Shown here piece by piece: positions 37,701 through 47,602 of a DNA stretch of 64,000 nt. A program made the translations under genes and the position numbers. The notes under the pieces were generated by a model, which saw only the letters and a list, made by a program, of their open reading frames with translations, had not been told where the DNA came from and searched no databases. The DNA is from a virus. Where the stretch lies: UHGV virus genome UHGV-0385297; one strand, given 5' to 3'. Each line of letters begins with the position of its first letter. The first letter of the stretch is position 1.

Positions 37701-38009
37701 ATGGTAAAATGGATTATTGTTCACACCAATTCAGATAATGGATGTATAGAATTTAAATTATTTTATGGTACGGAAATTGAAGTGCGACAATTATTAAAAT
37801 CAATGGCCGTAAAAAGCGATATCATAACTAACTTTACAGAAAAAATGGATAAAGACGAAGCCGATATTTATGAAGAAATTTCAGATATGATTGATGATCA
37901 GGGTTTTGATCCAAAAAATAATACATATACAGTTATGGTGAGTGATCAATATGGAGAATGTGATGAAGTGTTTACGGCAATTGAGTTAGACAACATTAAG
38001 ACAGTATAG
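37701..38009 (+). CDS. Hypothetical protein
   Basis: RBS TAGGAGGT. Confidence 0.5.
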   Translation: MVKWIIVHTNSDNGCIEFKLFYGTEIEVRQLLKSMAVKSDIITNFTEKMDKDEADIYEEISDMIDDQGFDPKNNTYTVMVSDQYGECDEVFTAIELDNIKTV

Positions 38010-38090
38010 AAATATATTTTAGGAGAATAACTAAAGGCAGATGCAGAAATGTGTCTGCCTTATTAAATAGGAAAGGATAAGTAAAATACT

Positions 38091-39263
38091 ATGTTAAAAT
38101 TTAAACTTAATGCAAGAGAACTCAAAGAAATGATGGAAAAGGCAGCAACAGTAATTAATAAGAAAAGTTGTCTTCCAGCGTTATCACGGTTATATTTCCA
38201 GATTGATGAGAACGAACATCTTAAAATCTGGGGTACAAATATGGAGCATTGGTTAGAAGTGAGAAGCGAAAATATTTATGACACACAGCCAGGAGTTGTA
38301 GGAATTGATATTGAAGATATGAAAATCATTTCTAAGATGTCAGGAGAAATTACATTTGAAGACATTACTAAGGATGCAGACGCAAAGATTAGTATTAAAT
38401 GTGGAAAGAAAAATGTAACGATTCCTAGATATACAAATACAGATATTTTCTTACCAAGTATGGATGATACGGAAACTAAAATTCTTTCTGTTAAAGAGAA
38501 TTGGTTACTTGATACAGTATCTAAATTAGTTGTATTCACTGCGGCGGATGATAAAAACAAGATGATGCAGGTTTTTAACTTTAACACAAAAGATAAACGA
38601 GTAGAAGCGCTTGATGGTCATAGAATTGGAATGAGATCACTTGATACCCAGAAGATTTTTGTTACAACGGAAAACCCATTTGAAACAGTAAAGCTTCATA
38701 ATATGTGTGTTCCTGTTTTTAAAAAGGTAATGAGTAAGAAATCAGAAAGAGAAATTGATATTTACCAGGATAAAAAGTATATCAGAGTAGAAGGCAATGA
38801 TTTTACTTATGTGACTAGAAGAATTAATGGAGAATATTACAAAGTAAAATCAATGTTACCTACAAATGAGCTTTTCAGATTTAAACCAGATAGAGAAGCG
38901 TTCTTAGAGGCAATGAAGTACGATTCTGATTTAACAAAAGATATTACAATTCCAGTTGTATTACATAGCGAAAACGGAAAGTTATATTCATACATTAAAA
39001 CAGCAAGATATGAAGCATTTGATACTTTTGATACAAAAGAAAATACAATGAGTAATGATATTTATATTGGATTCAGACCAACATATTTAACAGATGTATT
39101 TTCAATCGCAGATGCAGATGAACCTGTATGTGCAGGAAGCAAGGACATAAATCCATTAATGATCTATGGAAATGAGTATAGTTTTCTTCTGCTTCCGGTA
39201 AATATTAGACAGGATAAAAACAAGATCATTGATGCAATCAAAAAGAATATTGAGAGGAATTAG
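38091..39263 (+). CDS. dnaN: DNA polymerase III beta sliding clamp-like protein
   Basis: The N-terminus FKLNARELKEMMEKAATVINKKSCLPALSRLYFQI...LKIWGTNMEHWLEV and the C-terminus FRPTYLTDVFS parallel DnaN; the 390-aa length also fits. Confidence 0.6.
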   Translation: MLKFKLNARELKEMMEKAATVINKKSCLPALSRLYFQIDENEHLKIWGTNMEHWLEVRSENIYDTQPGVVGIDIEDMKIISKMSGEITFEDITKDADAKISIKCGKKNVTIPRYTNTDIFLPSMDDTETKILSVKENWLLDTVSKLVVFTAADDKNKMMQVFNFNTKDKRVEALDGHRIGMRSLDTQKIFVTTENPFETVKLHNMCVPVFKKVMSKKSEREIDIYQDKKYIRVEGNDFTYVTRRINGEYYKVKSMLPTNELFRFKPDREAFLEAMKYDSDLTKDITIPVVLHSENGKLYSYIKTARYEAFDTFDTKENTMSNDIYIGFRPTYLTDVFSIADADEPVCAGSKDINPLMIYGNEYSFLLLPVNIRQDKNKIIDAIKKNIERN

Positions 39264-39301
39264 GTAGCGAAAGCTACCTGATTTCATATAAGGAGAATGA
39301 T

Positions 39302-39499
39302 ATGGAAAAATATAGAATGGTTCAGGGAATTGGTTTGTACTGGAATCGCCGTTGGGAAATTCAGAAAAGATATACATATTATGAAAGAAAACACGGAGAA
39401 TTAAAGGAAATCATCGGCTGGCATATGGTCTTTTGGTCAAGTAATAAAGAGAGATGTGAAGAAGTGTTTAAGAGGTACATGGACGAGGAGGACGAATAA
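39302..39499 (+). CDS. Hypothetical protein
   Basis: RBS AAGGAGAATG. Confidence 0.5.
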   Translation: MEKYRMVQGIGLYWNRRWEIQKRYTYYERKHGELKEIIGWHMVFWSSNKERCEEVFKRYMDEEDE

Positions 39500-39500
39500 T

Positions 39501-40475
39501 ATGACCATTGAAATGCTAGAAAATAGAATTGATGAGATTTTAAAAAATATATTCTACGTAAATGAAGATGGTGGCATTGAAATTTACACAGATTACAGAG
39601 ATAGGGAATTATCAGATAGTTTTTTAAAAAAGATATTTGAGCATGATAATCCAAGAGAAGCATTTAATGATGAATTGGCTGAATGGGCCGATGATTATGA
39701 ACAGAATTATGGAGAAAATGAATTAGAAAAAGATATCCGTAAAGAGCTAACAGAAGAAGAGGAAGAATATTTTACAGAACATTTTGATGAAATCCGAGAA
39801 TATGTAAAAGAAAATACATATTTTTATTATGACGCAGATGATTTTAATAATGAAGTAAAAGTAAATATCATGGTAGATTGTGGTAATTGGAATTATGATT
39901 GTGTTTGTGATAATGTGCTGAATTGGTATGGAAATTCAGGAGATGGAAACATTGATAAAGAGTCGTCTATGCTGTGGTTAGCAAAAACACAAGGTAAAGC
40001 AACTGCATTAAGAAAAGCTTGTAAACAAGTACATAGGGATGACGGATATTATGTAGATAGAGATAAGAATAAAGACAAATTTATTGAAAGCTGCATACAG
40101 GAATTTGAAAATCTTCCATCACATATGGCAACTGTAACATTTCTTGTAAAAATGCCGTTATTTGATTTATTTGATTTAATCGAATTACAGAATAAAGAAT
40201 ATGACGAAAAAGGAAAATATGATCCACGAAAGAATGAAAAATCAAAATCTTATATAGTTCTTGGAAAAGAAACAATGTGTGGGTTATATGATACTTGGTC
40301 TGGCGGTGGTTCTGTATTAGAAGTAGAACTGGATAAGGATGTTAAACTTCCTATTAAATATGCAATCTTTTGTGTAGAGGGATGCAAAATGCATGGATAT
40401 GATATTGATGAAGTTTATGGGCTGATTGATAGTTGTTGGAAAGAAACAGTAAAGGAAATAAAAGAGGTTGCATAA
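39501..40475 (+). CDS. Hypothetical acidic protein
   Basis: RBS GAGGAGGACG. Confidence 0.55.
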   Translation: MTIEMLENRIDEILKNIFYVNEDGGIEIYTDYRDRELSDSFLKKIFEHDNPREAFNDELAEWADDYEQNYGENELEKDIRKELTEEEEEYFTEHFDEIREYVKENTYFYYDADDFNNEVKVNIMVDCGNWNYDCVCDNVLNWYGNSGDGNIDKESSMLWLAKTQGKATALRKACKQVHRDDGYYVDRDKNKDKFIESCIQEFENLPSHMATVTFLVKMPLFDLFDLIELQNKEYDEKGKYDPRKNEKSKSYIVLGKETMCGLYDTWSGGGSVLEVELDKDVKLPIKYAIFCVEGCKMHGYDIDEVYGLIDSCWKETVKEIKEVA

Positions 40476-40522
40476 AACCTGATGAAAGAACGGTTTTAAG
40501 AATAGAAAGTGAGGAAGATATT

Positions 40523-40924
40523 ATGAGATACTACGAAACAAAAATTGGAAAGATTATTGAAGAAGAATTTGATCCACGGATGGGTAATGCAGTATTTGCT
40601 TATATAATGAGCAACGGAATCGATGCAATTAAAGAATATACGGATGAAGAAATTGCCAAAATCAAAGGCAATGTATTATGCACAGCGGAGTTCAATCAGT
40701 CATTAGTTAGATGTGCTAGAAGAATCTGTAGGGAATGTGAATGGATTGAGATGATCGAATTTATTCGGCTGTACTTATGGTGTACTCCAACGGTACATGA
40801 TGTGTATCTGTATAGAGAAGATTTTACAGAAGAAACTTTTGCAGAATTATTAAATTCACTTGACTTAGAAGATGAAGATGTAGGAAGCGAAATCAAATTG
40901 TTTGCAGTTGTTGATAAAGAATGA
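40523..40924 (+). CDS. Hypothetical protein
   Basis: RBS AGTGAGGAAG. Confidence 0.5.
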   Translation: MRYYETKIGKIIEEEFDPRMGNAVFAYIMSNGIDAIKEYTDEEIAKIKGNVLCTAEFNQSLVRCARRICRECEWIEMIEFIRLYLWCTPTVHDVYLYREDFTEETFAELLNSLDLEDEDVGSEIKLFAVVDKE

Positions 40925-40948
40925 ATTTGGAATTGAGGTGGAAAGTGA

Positions 40949-41293
40949 ATGAGATATTTAACCTATTATAAAGAGTATCCAATATATGAGCCAGCAGAAG
41001 GCGGATATTATTACGCTGGAAATGAAGTAGCACAAAGCGAAAGAATGTCAAAGCGGAAATGTAGGTCACGTTTCAATGAAATATGGAAAGAATGTGAAAA
41101 GGAAAACATCGAAAATGGATTTACAGAAGATGTAGATTGGGCAGAGGTTTATAACCGAACTGGAATTCATCCATGGATTAAATTTGGTGATAATTGTATA
41201 TACAAAGAGTCAAATTATGTTGGCCAAGGCGAAAGTTATGTAATCGAAAGAAAACTTGGAAGTCAAAGAAAAGGTTGGGAACCATATTGTTAG
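40949..41293 (+). CDS. Hypothetical protein
   Basis: A GAGGTGGAAAG RBS. Confidence 0.5.
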   Translation: MRYLTYYKEYPIYEPAEGGYYYAGNEVAQSERMSKRKCRSRFNEIWKECEKENIENGFTEDVDWAEVYNRTGIHPWIKFGDNCIYKESNYVGQGESYVIERKLGSQRKGWEPYC

Positions 41294-41305
41294 GAGGGAT
41301 ACAAG

Positions 41306-41494
41306 ATGACAAGATGCTATATTTGCGGAGTTTCCGATGAAAATGTTCCCAATTATCAGCAGACATACAAAGGTAAAATAAATGGAAAGCCAAGACGGAA
41401 AACAATTCGAATATGTAATTGTTGTGGTGCTTGGTTGTCATATGAAGATATAAGAGAAAAAGTTTCAGAAAATCGTGGATGGGATCAAGAATAA
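41306..41494 (+). CDS. Zinc-ribbon small protein
   Basis: CYICG...CNCCG. RBS TAGGAGGG. Confidence 0.5.
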   Translation: MTRCYICGVSDENVPNYQQTYKGKINGKPRRKTIRICNCCGAWLSYEDIREKVSENRGWDQE

Positions 41495-41511
41495 ATGGAG
41501 ATGTGGTAATT

Positions 41512-41685
41512 ATGATGACAGAAGAGAGATTTAAACGGACGAGCTGGAAGATGTCTTATGAAGAATATAAAAAGTGTTACTGTCCAGGCTGCAACAGAAA
41601 GGATTGCCCACATAGAGAGGCGTTCAGAAGAGTACCTGTTATTGACGGTGGCTTGGGCCTGTGTCCAAACTTAAATGGAAAATAA
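41512..41685 (+). CDS. Small Cys-rich protein
   Basis: CYCPGCNRKDCPH...LGLCPN. Confidence 0.4.
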   Translation: MMTEERFKRTSWKMSYEEYKKCYCPGCNRKDCPHREAFRRVPVIDGGLGLCPNLNGK

Positions 41686-41703
41686 AACAATGAGAGAATA
41701 TAT

Positions 41704-41735
41704 AAGAGGTAGAGAAATCTGCCTCTTATTTTATT
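41704..41735 (+). terminator. Rho-independent terminator
   Basis: AAGAGGTAGA..TCTGCCTCTT followed by ATTTTATT. Confidence 0.55.
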
Positions 41736-41746
41736 GGAGGGAAAAT

Positions 41747-42106
41747 ATGAAAGCGTATAAATTGTTACGAAAATTGTCAGATGGGAAATTATATCCGCTA
41801 TTCATTCATAAAACATATTCAACACCATTTAATGAGTGGATGCAGGCGGAATGCTATCCAACAAAGGGGTTTGCAGTACGGAAAGGATGGCATTGTACAA
41901 TTAGGCCTGAAGCACAACATTTGTCAATGCAGTTAGCAAATGGAGAACAAAGAGTTTGGTGCGAAGTTGAAATAGAGGATTATCAGTTCTACGAAAGACC
42001 TAAATGCCAGGGTGGGACATGGGCTTTGGCACAGAAAATGAAAATTGTAAAAATTCTAAGCGAAAATAAGGTTAAAGAAATATTAAATAAAAAGGAGACG
42101 GAATAG
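41747..42106 (+). CDS. Hypothetical protein, the homing target gene
   Basis: RBS TTGGAGGG. Its C-terminal 45 aa have a diverged second copy downstream of the HNH gene. Confidence 0.55.
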   Translation: MKAYKLLRKLSDGKLYPLFIHKTYSTPFNEWMQAECYPTKGFAVRKGWHCTIRPEAQHLSMQLANGEQRVWCEVEIEDYQFYERPKCQGGTWALAQKMKIVKILSENKVKEILNKKETE

Positions 42107-42108
42107 AA

Positions 42109-42858
42109 ATGGTAAAAACAAAGGAAGATTTAACAGGGAAAAAGTTTGGTAGGTTAACAGTTGTAAATCAGGCATACGATTTTATTAGTGGTGGAAGAAA
42201 AATTGCTGCATGGAATGTATTTTGTTCTTGCAATCCAAATAAAATTTTTCGAGTAAGACAAAAGGACTTAAAATCAGGACACACAAAAAGTTGTGGTTGT
42301 ATTGTTTCTGAAAATGCAAAAACAGTTGGGAAAATAAATGACGGGAAAAATGCAAAGAAATATAATTCATATAACCTAAACGGTGAATATGGTGTTGGAT
42401 ACACACTGAATGGAGAAGAGTTTTATTTTGATAAAGAAGATTATGAAAAAATTAAAAGTTATTGTTGGAGAATTGATACTCGTGGATATGTTACGACAAA
42501 TATTGATAAAGTCCCTGTTTTTATGCATAGATTAATTTTAAATATTACAGACAAAAATATTATTGTAGATCATATTTATCATAATAAAAATGACAATAGA
42601 AAATCAAAATTAAGATTATGTACGAACAAAGAAAATTGCAGAAATGCAAAAATTGGTATAAATAATACATCTGGTGTTGTTGGTGTTTTTTATAACAAAA
42701 ATAAAAATAAATGGGAAGCAACAATAAAGGTTGATGGAAAATCAAAATATTTGGGGAGATATGACAAAATTGAAGATGCAATAAATTGTAGATTAGAGGC
42801 ACAAAATAAATATTTTGGTGATTTTTCGAATAAAAAGAATGGAGAACAACGTGTATAG
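42109..42858 (+). CDS. HNH homing endonuclease with an AP2 DNA-binding domain
   Basis: The HNH_3-like motif is HRLILNITDKNIIVDHIYHNKNDNRKSKLRLCTNKENCRN. The AP2 motif is SGVVGVFYNKNKNKWEATIKVDGKSKYLGRY. Confidence 0.8.
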   Translation: MVKTKEDLTGKKFGRLTVVNQAYDFISGGRKIAAWNVFCSCNPNKIFRVRQKDLKSGHTKSCGCIVSENAKTVGKINDGKNAKKYNSYNLNGEYGVGYTLNGEEFYFDKEDYEKIKSYCWRIDTRGYVTTNIDKVPVFMHRLILNITDKNIIVDHIYHNKNDNRKSKLRLCTNKENCRNAKIGINNTSGVVGVFYNKNKNKWEATIKVDGKSKYLGRYDKIEDAINCRLEAQNKYFGDFSNKKNGEQRV

Positions 42859-42861
42859 GTT

Positions 42862-42999
42862 GAATGTGAAGTTGATGATTTTAGTACATATAATCGCCCA
42901 GAATCTCAGGGTGGAACATGGATCTTAGCACAAAGAATTAAAATTATAAAAGAGTTAAATGATGATGATGTTATGGAGATTCTGCAGAATGTAGCTTAG
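42862..42999 (+). pseudogene. Diverged 3' remnant of the 41747-42106 gene family
   Basis: The remnant translates to ECEVDDFSTYNRPESQGGTWILAQRIKIIKELNDD. The intact C-terminus reads CEVEIEDYQFYERPKCQGGTWALAQKMKIVKILSEN. There is no start codon or RBS. Confidence 0.55.
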
Positions 43000-43012
43000 G
43001 AGGAAAAGAAAA

Positions 43013-43483
43013 ATGAAAAGATATTTATTATGTGCTTTAGATGATGAGAATTACACAGAACCTAAATTTTATATTTATGAATCACGAGAAGAAGCATTTA
43101 AGGATGCAGTAGAAGATTGTATCAATGCAGCAGATGGTGGAGATTTTCAGATGAAAGTTGAAAATAATCAGAATCGTATTTCTGTTAATTTTGATCATGA
43201 TAACTTCTTTGTTACAGAAATTAAAGAGCTGGATTTGGATGACGGAAATTATGCGATTATTCGGCACCATGCTTATGAGGGTGTTGGGTTTGAAGTATTA
43301 TTTCAGGGAACATACGATGAGTGTGTAGAGAAACGAAAAGAATTTATCAAAAAGGCATTTGAAGAAAATGATTATTCTGGTGGAGATAATAGTGATTTCG
43401 ATATGGAAAATGATGCTTGCATTGATACTGGTATTGAGTGGGAAATTTACTCAATTGTGAAGTTGCCGGAAAGTGAGGGATGA
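43013..43483 (+). CDS. Hypothetical acidic protein
   Basis: RBS TTAGGAGGAAAAG. Confidence 0.55.
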   Translation: MKRYLLCALDDENYTEPKFYIYESREEAFKDAVEDCINAADGGDFQMKVENNQNRISVNFDHDNFFVTEIKELDLDDGNYAIIRHHAYEGVGFEVLFQGTYDECVEKRKEFIKKAFEENDYSGGDNSDFDMENDACIDTGIEWEIYSIVKLPESEG

Positions 43484-43689
43484 ATATGACGACAATAAAG
43501 ATTTATTGCAATAAGCGAAATCATAATAAGTATATTGAGGTTCGGAATGATGGTCACTATCACAATTCTGTGCGGCAATACATGGAATGGAAAGATGAAA
43601 ATGTGAAAAATCTACTTGGTGATAGGCGGTTGCACCGATGGAAAATAAAAAATTTAAAGGCTCTATTAGAGGATTATGAGGAGGTATAA
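43480..43689 (+). CDS. Hypothetical protein
   Basis: An ATGA start overlap. Confidence 0.5.
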   Translation: MNMTTIKIYCNKRNHNKYIEVRNDGHYHNSVRQYMEWKDENVKNLLGDRRLHRWKIKNLKALLEDYEEV

Positions 43690-44056
43690 ACAAGATATGG
43701 AAAATAAACAAGAAATGGAACTTTATATTAAACAGTTGGAAGAAGAAAATTTACGGTTAAAGACAAGTAATAAATCTCTCAGAACAAACAATAAGGGGTT
43801 ATTAAATGGCCACAACAAGCTGCAGCGTGATTTATACAGAGTAAGAAATGAACGGAATGAATTACGAAATAAACAGTTTACTGATGAGGAGCTACGAATT
43901 CTTTTTATGGCAATAAAGAAATTACTTAAAGGTATAAGTATGGAGTTAAATGTTACTTATGACAAGGTGAATTATAATTCACTAGAAATGTTATTAGCAC
44001 AGTCTTGGGCGGTAAGGCAGAAAGTTTATAAAATGCTGAAAGAAGAGGTGGAATAG
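43676..44056 (+). CDS. Coiled-coil hypothetical protein
   Basis: The start could be 43676 or 43697. Confidence 0.5.
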   Translation: MRRYKQDMENKQEMELYIKQLEEENLRLKTSNKSLRTNNKGLLNGHNKLQRDLYRVRNERNELRNKQFTDEELRILFMAIKKLLKGISMELNVTYDKVNYNSLEMLLAQSWAVRQKVYKMLKEEVE

Positions 44057-44060
44057 AAAA

Positions 44061-44300
44061 ATGACAGGTGGATGGGGATTTGAAACAATTTTTGGAACAA
44101 TTGGAGAAGAAATCGAAGATAAAACTTTTGTCGTTATTCCAAAAGAAGATTCATTAGATGTGTTACGGAAAATACAAAGCGATCTTGCCATGACTCAAAT
44201 CTTAGAAGGCTCTGAAAATATAGGAGATGTTCTATATAGATGCGAACTCATGGAAGAGGTAAATAAAGGCTTGAAAAAACTGGAAGAAATGATGAAATAG
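44061..44300 (+). CDS. Hypothetical protein
   Basis: RBS AGAGGTGG. Confidence 0.5.
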   Translation: MTGGWGFETIFGTIGEEIEDKTFVVIPKEDSLDVLRKIQSDLAMTQILEGSENIGDVLYRCELMEEVNKGLKKLEEMMK

Positions 44301-44327
44301 TCAATTTTATAAATGGAGGAATATTTT

Positions 44328-44510
44328 ATGAAAATGAATAGTTTAGAATTAGCAAAGAGAATTATTGATTGTATTTCAGATGGTTATGATGATGAAGAAT
44401 ACAGAGGAGAGGCAACAGAACAATTAGAAACAGAATTAGATGTAACACCTTCTTATATTGTAGATGTAATTAAAAAACTCTGTGAACGTATCGAAGAGTT
44501 AGAAGCGTAA
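44328..44510 (+). CDS. Hypothetical protein
   Basis: RBS TGGAGGA. Confidence 0.5.
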   Translation: MKMNSLELAKRIIDCISDGYDDEEYRGEATEQLETELDVTPSYIVDVIKKLCERIEELEA

Positions 44511-44550
44511 TCGGAATAAATTAGAAGCTACGGAAATGGAGGGACAAAAC

Positions 44551-44850
44551 ATGGATAAACGGATTCCAGAATATACGATTATAACACGGAACAAAGTGTT
44601 AGAAAACGACATAGAAGATGTATTAAAAGAGCAGAATGAGAAGAGGGAGATTCTTGAATTAAATGAAGATGGCTACATTTGTCACTTCTTCAATGCTGGC
44701 CCAGAATACAAAATAGTTTCAAGTATTGATGAAGCAACTGAATATTTGAATATAAAAGACGGTGCAGATCTAGTTCAGTTTTGTAATGGAAATTATGGAT
44801 TTGTAGCTTATTGCAACGGAAAAGAAGATGCTTTTGAGGTTATAGGATGA
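44551..44850 (+). CDS. Hypothetical protein
   Basis: RBS TGGAGGGAC. Confidence 0.5.
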   Translation: MDKRIPEYTIITRNKVLENDIEDVLKEQNEKREILELNEDGYICHFFNAGPEYKIVSSIDEATEYLNIKDGADLVQFCNGNYGFVAYCNGKEDAFEVIG

Positions 44851-44888
44851 AACAAGAGTTTCATTAGATTAAAAGGAGAGTATAAACT

Positions 44889-45086
44889 ATGGCATATATA
44901 TTAGGAAGATTGATTTCATGGAATATAAAATTTGAAAAAGTTGATAGCAAATGCGTAAGAGTATATGGAAACTTTGATGGTTTTTCTGTAGTAAGAGAAT
45001 CGGAACAGGAAAACTATATTGAAGTGGATGGAAGGCTTATTGACTATGAGGATTTTGAAGATTGGCTATATGTTATTAACCAATGA
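44889..45086 (+). CDS. Hypothetical protein
   Basis: RBS AAAGGAGAG. Confidence 0.5.
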   Translation: MAYILGRLISWNIKFEKVDSKCVRVYGNFDGFSVVRESEQENYIEVDGRLIDYEDFEDWLYVINQ

Positions 45087-45123
45087 AATGAGGATTTACT
45101 GTGAAGAATGGAGGTAGATTTAT

Positions 45124-45411
45124 ATGAAGAAAATTACAGAAGAGTTAATTACAGAAGCTATGGAAAATGGATTTACAAGAGAAGATGCAGAAAGAGGATA
45201 TGGCGTTTTTACATCTGATTATGGAAATGGTGCAGAACATATACAGAGGCTTGATTGCATGATGATATTCGATAGTGATAATGAAGCTGCTGAACAGGCT
45301 GAAAAAGACGGAATTAAAATTATACATGATATGGAATTTGATGATGAAAATTCAGCAGCTTATATTGATACACCTGAAAATAGAGAATTGCTGAAAGATT
45401 TAGCATTGTAG
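45124..45411 (+). CDS. Hypothetical acidic protein
   Basis: RBS TGGAGGTAG. Confidence 0.5.
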   Translation: MKKITEELITEAMENGFTREDAERGYGVFTSDYGNGAEHIQRLDCMMIFDSDNEAAEQAEKDGIKIIHDMEFDDENSAAYIDTPENRELLKDLAL

Positions 45412-45422
45412 GAGGAATTGTT

Positions 45423-45647
45423 ATGAACAGATATATTGTTGAAATTAAAAGAGAAGATGATGAAGAACCTTGGTTATTTTTAGTATTTTCAGAAGAAACA
45501 AGGGAATATGTAAAAGAAGTAATCATTGAAGCACAAAAGGAATTTCATTTCTCAGATACTTGCGAATTAATGGATTATGTTTGTGATACTTATGATTTTA
45601 GATGGGAAGATTTTGCATATGACATTAGTTTGGATATGGAAATTTAA
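45423..45647 (+). CDS. Hypothetical protein (paralog of 45691)
   Basis: A TAGGAGGAATTG RBS. Both copies end in W(E/R)DF.YDI. Confidence 0.5.
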   Translation: MNRYIVEIKREDDEEPWLFLVFSEETREYVKEVIIEAQKEFHFSDTCELMDYVCDTYDFRWEDFAYDISLDMEI

Positions 45648-45690
45648 CTAATGAAACGATGATTTAGTTGGCTTAGAAAGAGAGGAAAAT

Positions 45691-45960
45691 ATGAGAACAT
45701 TAAATTTAAGAATAAATTTCTTTTGGGATGACGGAGATGATATGGAGACATTTGAATTAACGGTGCCAAGCAACGTAAGTAATGCGGAAATACTGGACAC
45801 ACTAAAAAAAGAACATGAATATCTCTGCGAAGAAGACGAGGAAGACGTTTATGGGAAAACTGGAAGGACACCAGAAACATTACTAAATTATATATGTAAT
45901 AAATATTATGGGTGGTCATGGCGTGATTTTCAATATGATATTGATGTTAATTTCAACTAA
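45691..45960 (+). CDS. Hypothetical protein (paralog of 45423)
   Basis: RBS AGAGAGGAAAAT. Confidence 0.5.
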   Translation: MRTLNLRINFFWDDGDDMETFELTVPSNVSNAEILDTLKKEHEYLCEEDEEDVYGKTGRTPETLLNYICNKYYGWSWRDFQYDIDVNFN

Positions 45961-45991
45961 ATAAAACGTAGATATCAGAAACGGAGGAAAT

Positions 45992-46192
45992 ATGATGAAG
46001 CGTGATTTAGTAGATGAATTATATAAAACAGCATATAAACGATATAGAGACAAATATCCAAATAAAGATTTTGCATCTATTCCAAATTTTTTAGATTCAC
46101 TTTGGTTTAGTATTGAAGGCGAACTTAATAGAAATGGATATAATGCTGCAAGAAAATATGTCGAAGAAGCAGACTTAATTGTATTAAAGTAA
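45992..46192 (+). CDS. Hypothetical protein
   Basis: RBS ACGGAGGAAAT. Confidence 0.5.
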   Translation: MMKRDLVDELYKTAYKRYRDKYPNKDFASIPNFLDSLWFSIEGELNRNGYNAARKYVEEADLIVLK

Positions 46193-46227
46193 ATAAAACG
46201 GTAATTTCTTAATTGGAGGAAAATATT

Positions 46228-46434
46228 ATGGATGATATGCAATTTGCGAAATATAGTTGTGAAATCAGAGAAGTATTAGAAAATGTATCAGAAGAAAATC
46301 TGGAAATACTTGTTAGAAATGTAGTTGCTTATGCAATTTCAAACAATCGTAGCAAGACAAACTGGACTGCACAAGAACTATTTGTAGATGTTATTCCAGA
46401 TGAATTGATAGCGGAAATATTTAATGAAGAATAG
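46228..46434 (+). CDS. Hypothetical protein
   Basis: RBS TTGGAGGAAAAT. Confidence 0.5.
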   Translation: MDDMQFAKYSCEIREVLENVSEENLEILVRNVVAYAISNNRSKTNWTAQELFVDVIPDELIAEIFNEE

Positions 46435-46455
46435 TAGAAAGTGAGGTAGATGTAA

Positions 46456-46905
46456 ATGAAGAAATACACGTGGGATGAAATTTATAAGAGAGCAGATGAA
46501 TGTTGTTTTGGAGAGGATAATTTAAAGGCAAAGGATAATGCGAGAGAAAATGTGCGTTGCCTTGCACTTGAATACGGAGAAGAAGATTTGGAAAAAGCAG
46601 AGTGTCCAGAAGATGAAGTGGATTACTATTGTGATAAATACAATATTTTGTTTGATGAAAATGGTCACATAGTTGATGGATATATTGATTATGCCAAACT
46701 TGCGATTGCTATAATCAATGAGTTTGAAAGTGATAGAGAGGAATCAGGAAGAAGAGAAATCGAAAAAGGAATGAGACTTCTGCTTAGTAAGTATGTTTCT
46801 AAAAATGAAAGAAAAATTATTGATGATGTTTTTATGACTCTTACTGGTTGGAACTTGAAATCATTGTTAGAAAAATCAATAGAAATTGATGATATGGAAG
46901 TGTGA
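46456..46905 (+). CDS. Hypothetical protein
   Basis: An AGTGAGGTAG RBS. Confidence 0.5.
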   Translation: MKKYTWDEIYKRADECCFGEDNLKAKDNARENVRCLALEYGEEDLEKAECPEDEVDYYCDKYNILFDENGHIVDGYIDYAKLAIAIINEFESDREESGRREIEKGMRLLLSKYVSKNERKIIDDVFMTLTGWNLKSLLEKSIEIDDMEV

Positions 46906-46961
46906 TGTAGAAATTATGTAGATGAAACAGCAATTTAATAATTTGAAAGGAGATTATACTT

Positions 46962-47267
46962 ATGAAAAAAATTATTAATGGAAAAATGTACAATACGGAA
47001 ACAGCAGAGAAATTAACCAGTTGGGAACACAGTTACAGATCACAGGTTGATTGGTATGAAGAAATGCTCTACAAGAAGAAAACAGGAGAATACTTCTTAT
47101 ATGGAAATGGTAATGCCGGAAGTAAGTATGCAAGAGAGACAAGTCAGAACTGTTATTCTCCTGATGAGACAATTATTCCTATTACCGAAAGCACGGCAAG
47201 ACGTTTAGTGGAAAGAAATGCAAGCGTAGAAGAATACATCAGAATTTTTGGTGAACCAGAAGAATAA
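46962..47267 (+). CDS. Hypothetical protein
   Basis: RBS AAAGGAGATT. Confidence 0.5.
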   Translation: MKKIINGKMYNTETAEKLTSWEHSYRSQVDWYEEMLYKKKTGEYFLYGNGNAGSKYARETSQNCYSPDETIIPITESTARRLVERNASVEEYIRIFGEPEE

Positions 47268-47283
47268 GAGAGGAGAAATGATT

Positions 47284-47565
47284 ATGTTAGGAAAATATTT
47301 GGATATTAGTACATCCCATTTAAAAGAAGAGACACTGAATAGTTTAAGCGAAAATAAAATGCCTTATAGTTATGATTATAAAGAGGGCATATTCATTAGC
47401 GTACCTGATAAAGACATTATAGGGAAAGAAATTCGTAATCTGCCATCAGATTTAGTTGTATTGTTAGAATATGCTTGGGAAAATGATGTGCTTTTAATCC
47501 GGTTGGATACGGATGGAGAGATTGTTGATGATCTTCCTGTATACGAATGGGATGAGGTAAAATGA
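47284..47565 (+). CDS. Hypothetical protein
   Basis: A GAGAGGAGAAATGATTATG context. Confidence 0.5.
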   Translation: MLGKYLDISTSHLKEETLNSLSENKMPYSYDYKEGIFISVPDKDIIGKEIRNLPSDLVVLLEYAWENDVLLIRLDTDGEIVDDLPVYEWDEVK

Positions 47566-47602
47566 AACGGAAAATTCAATAGAAGAAAGAGAGGATATTT
47601 AT

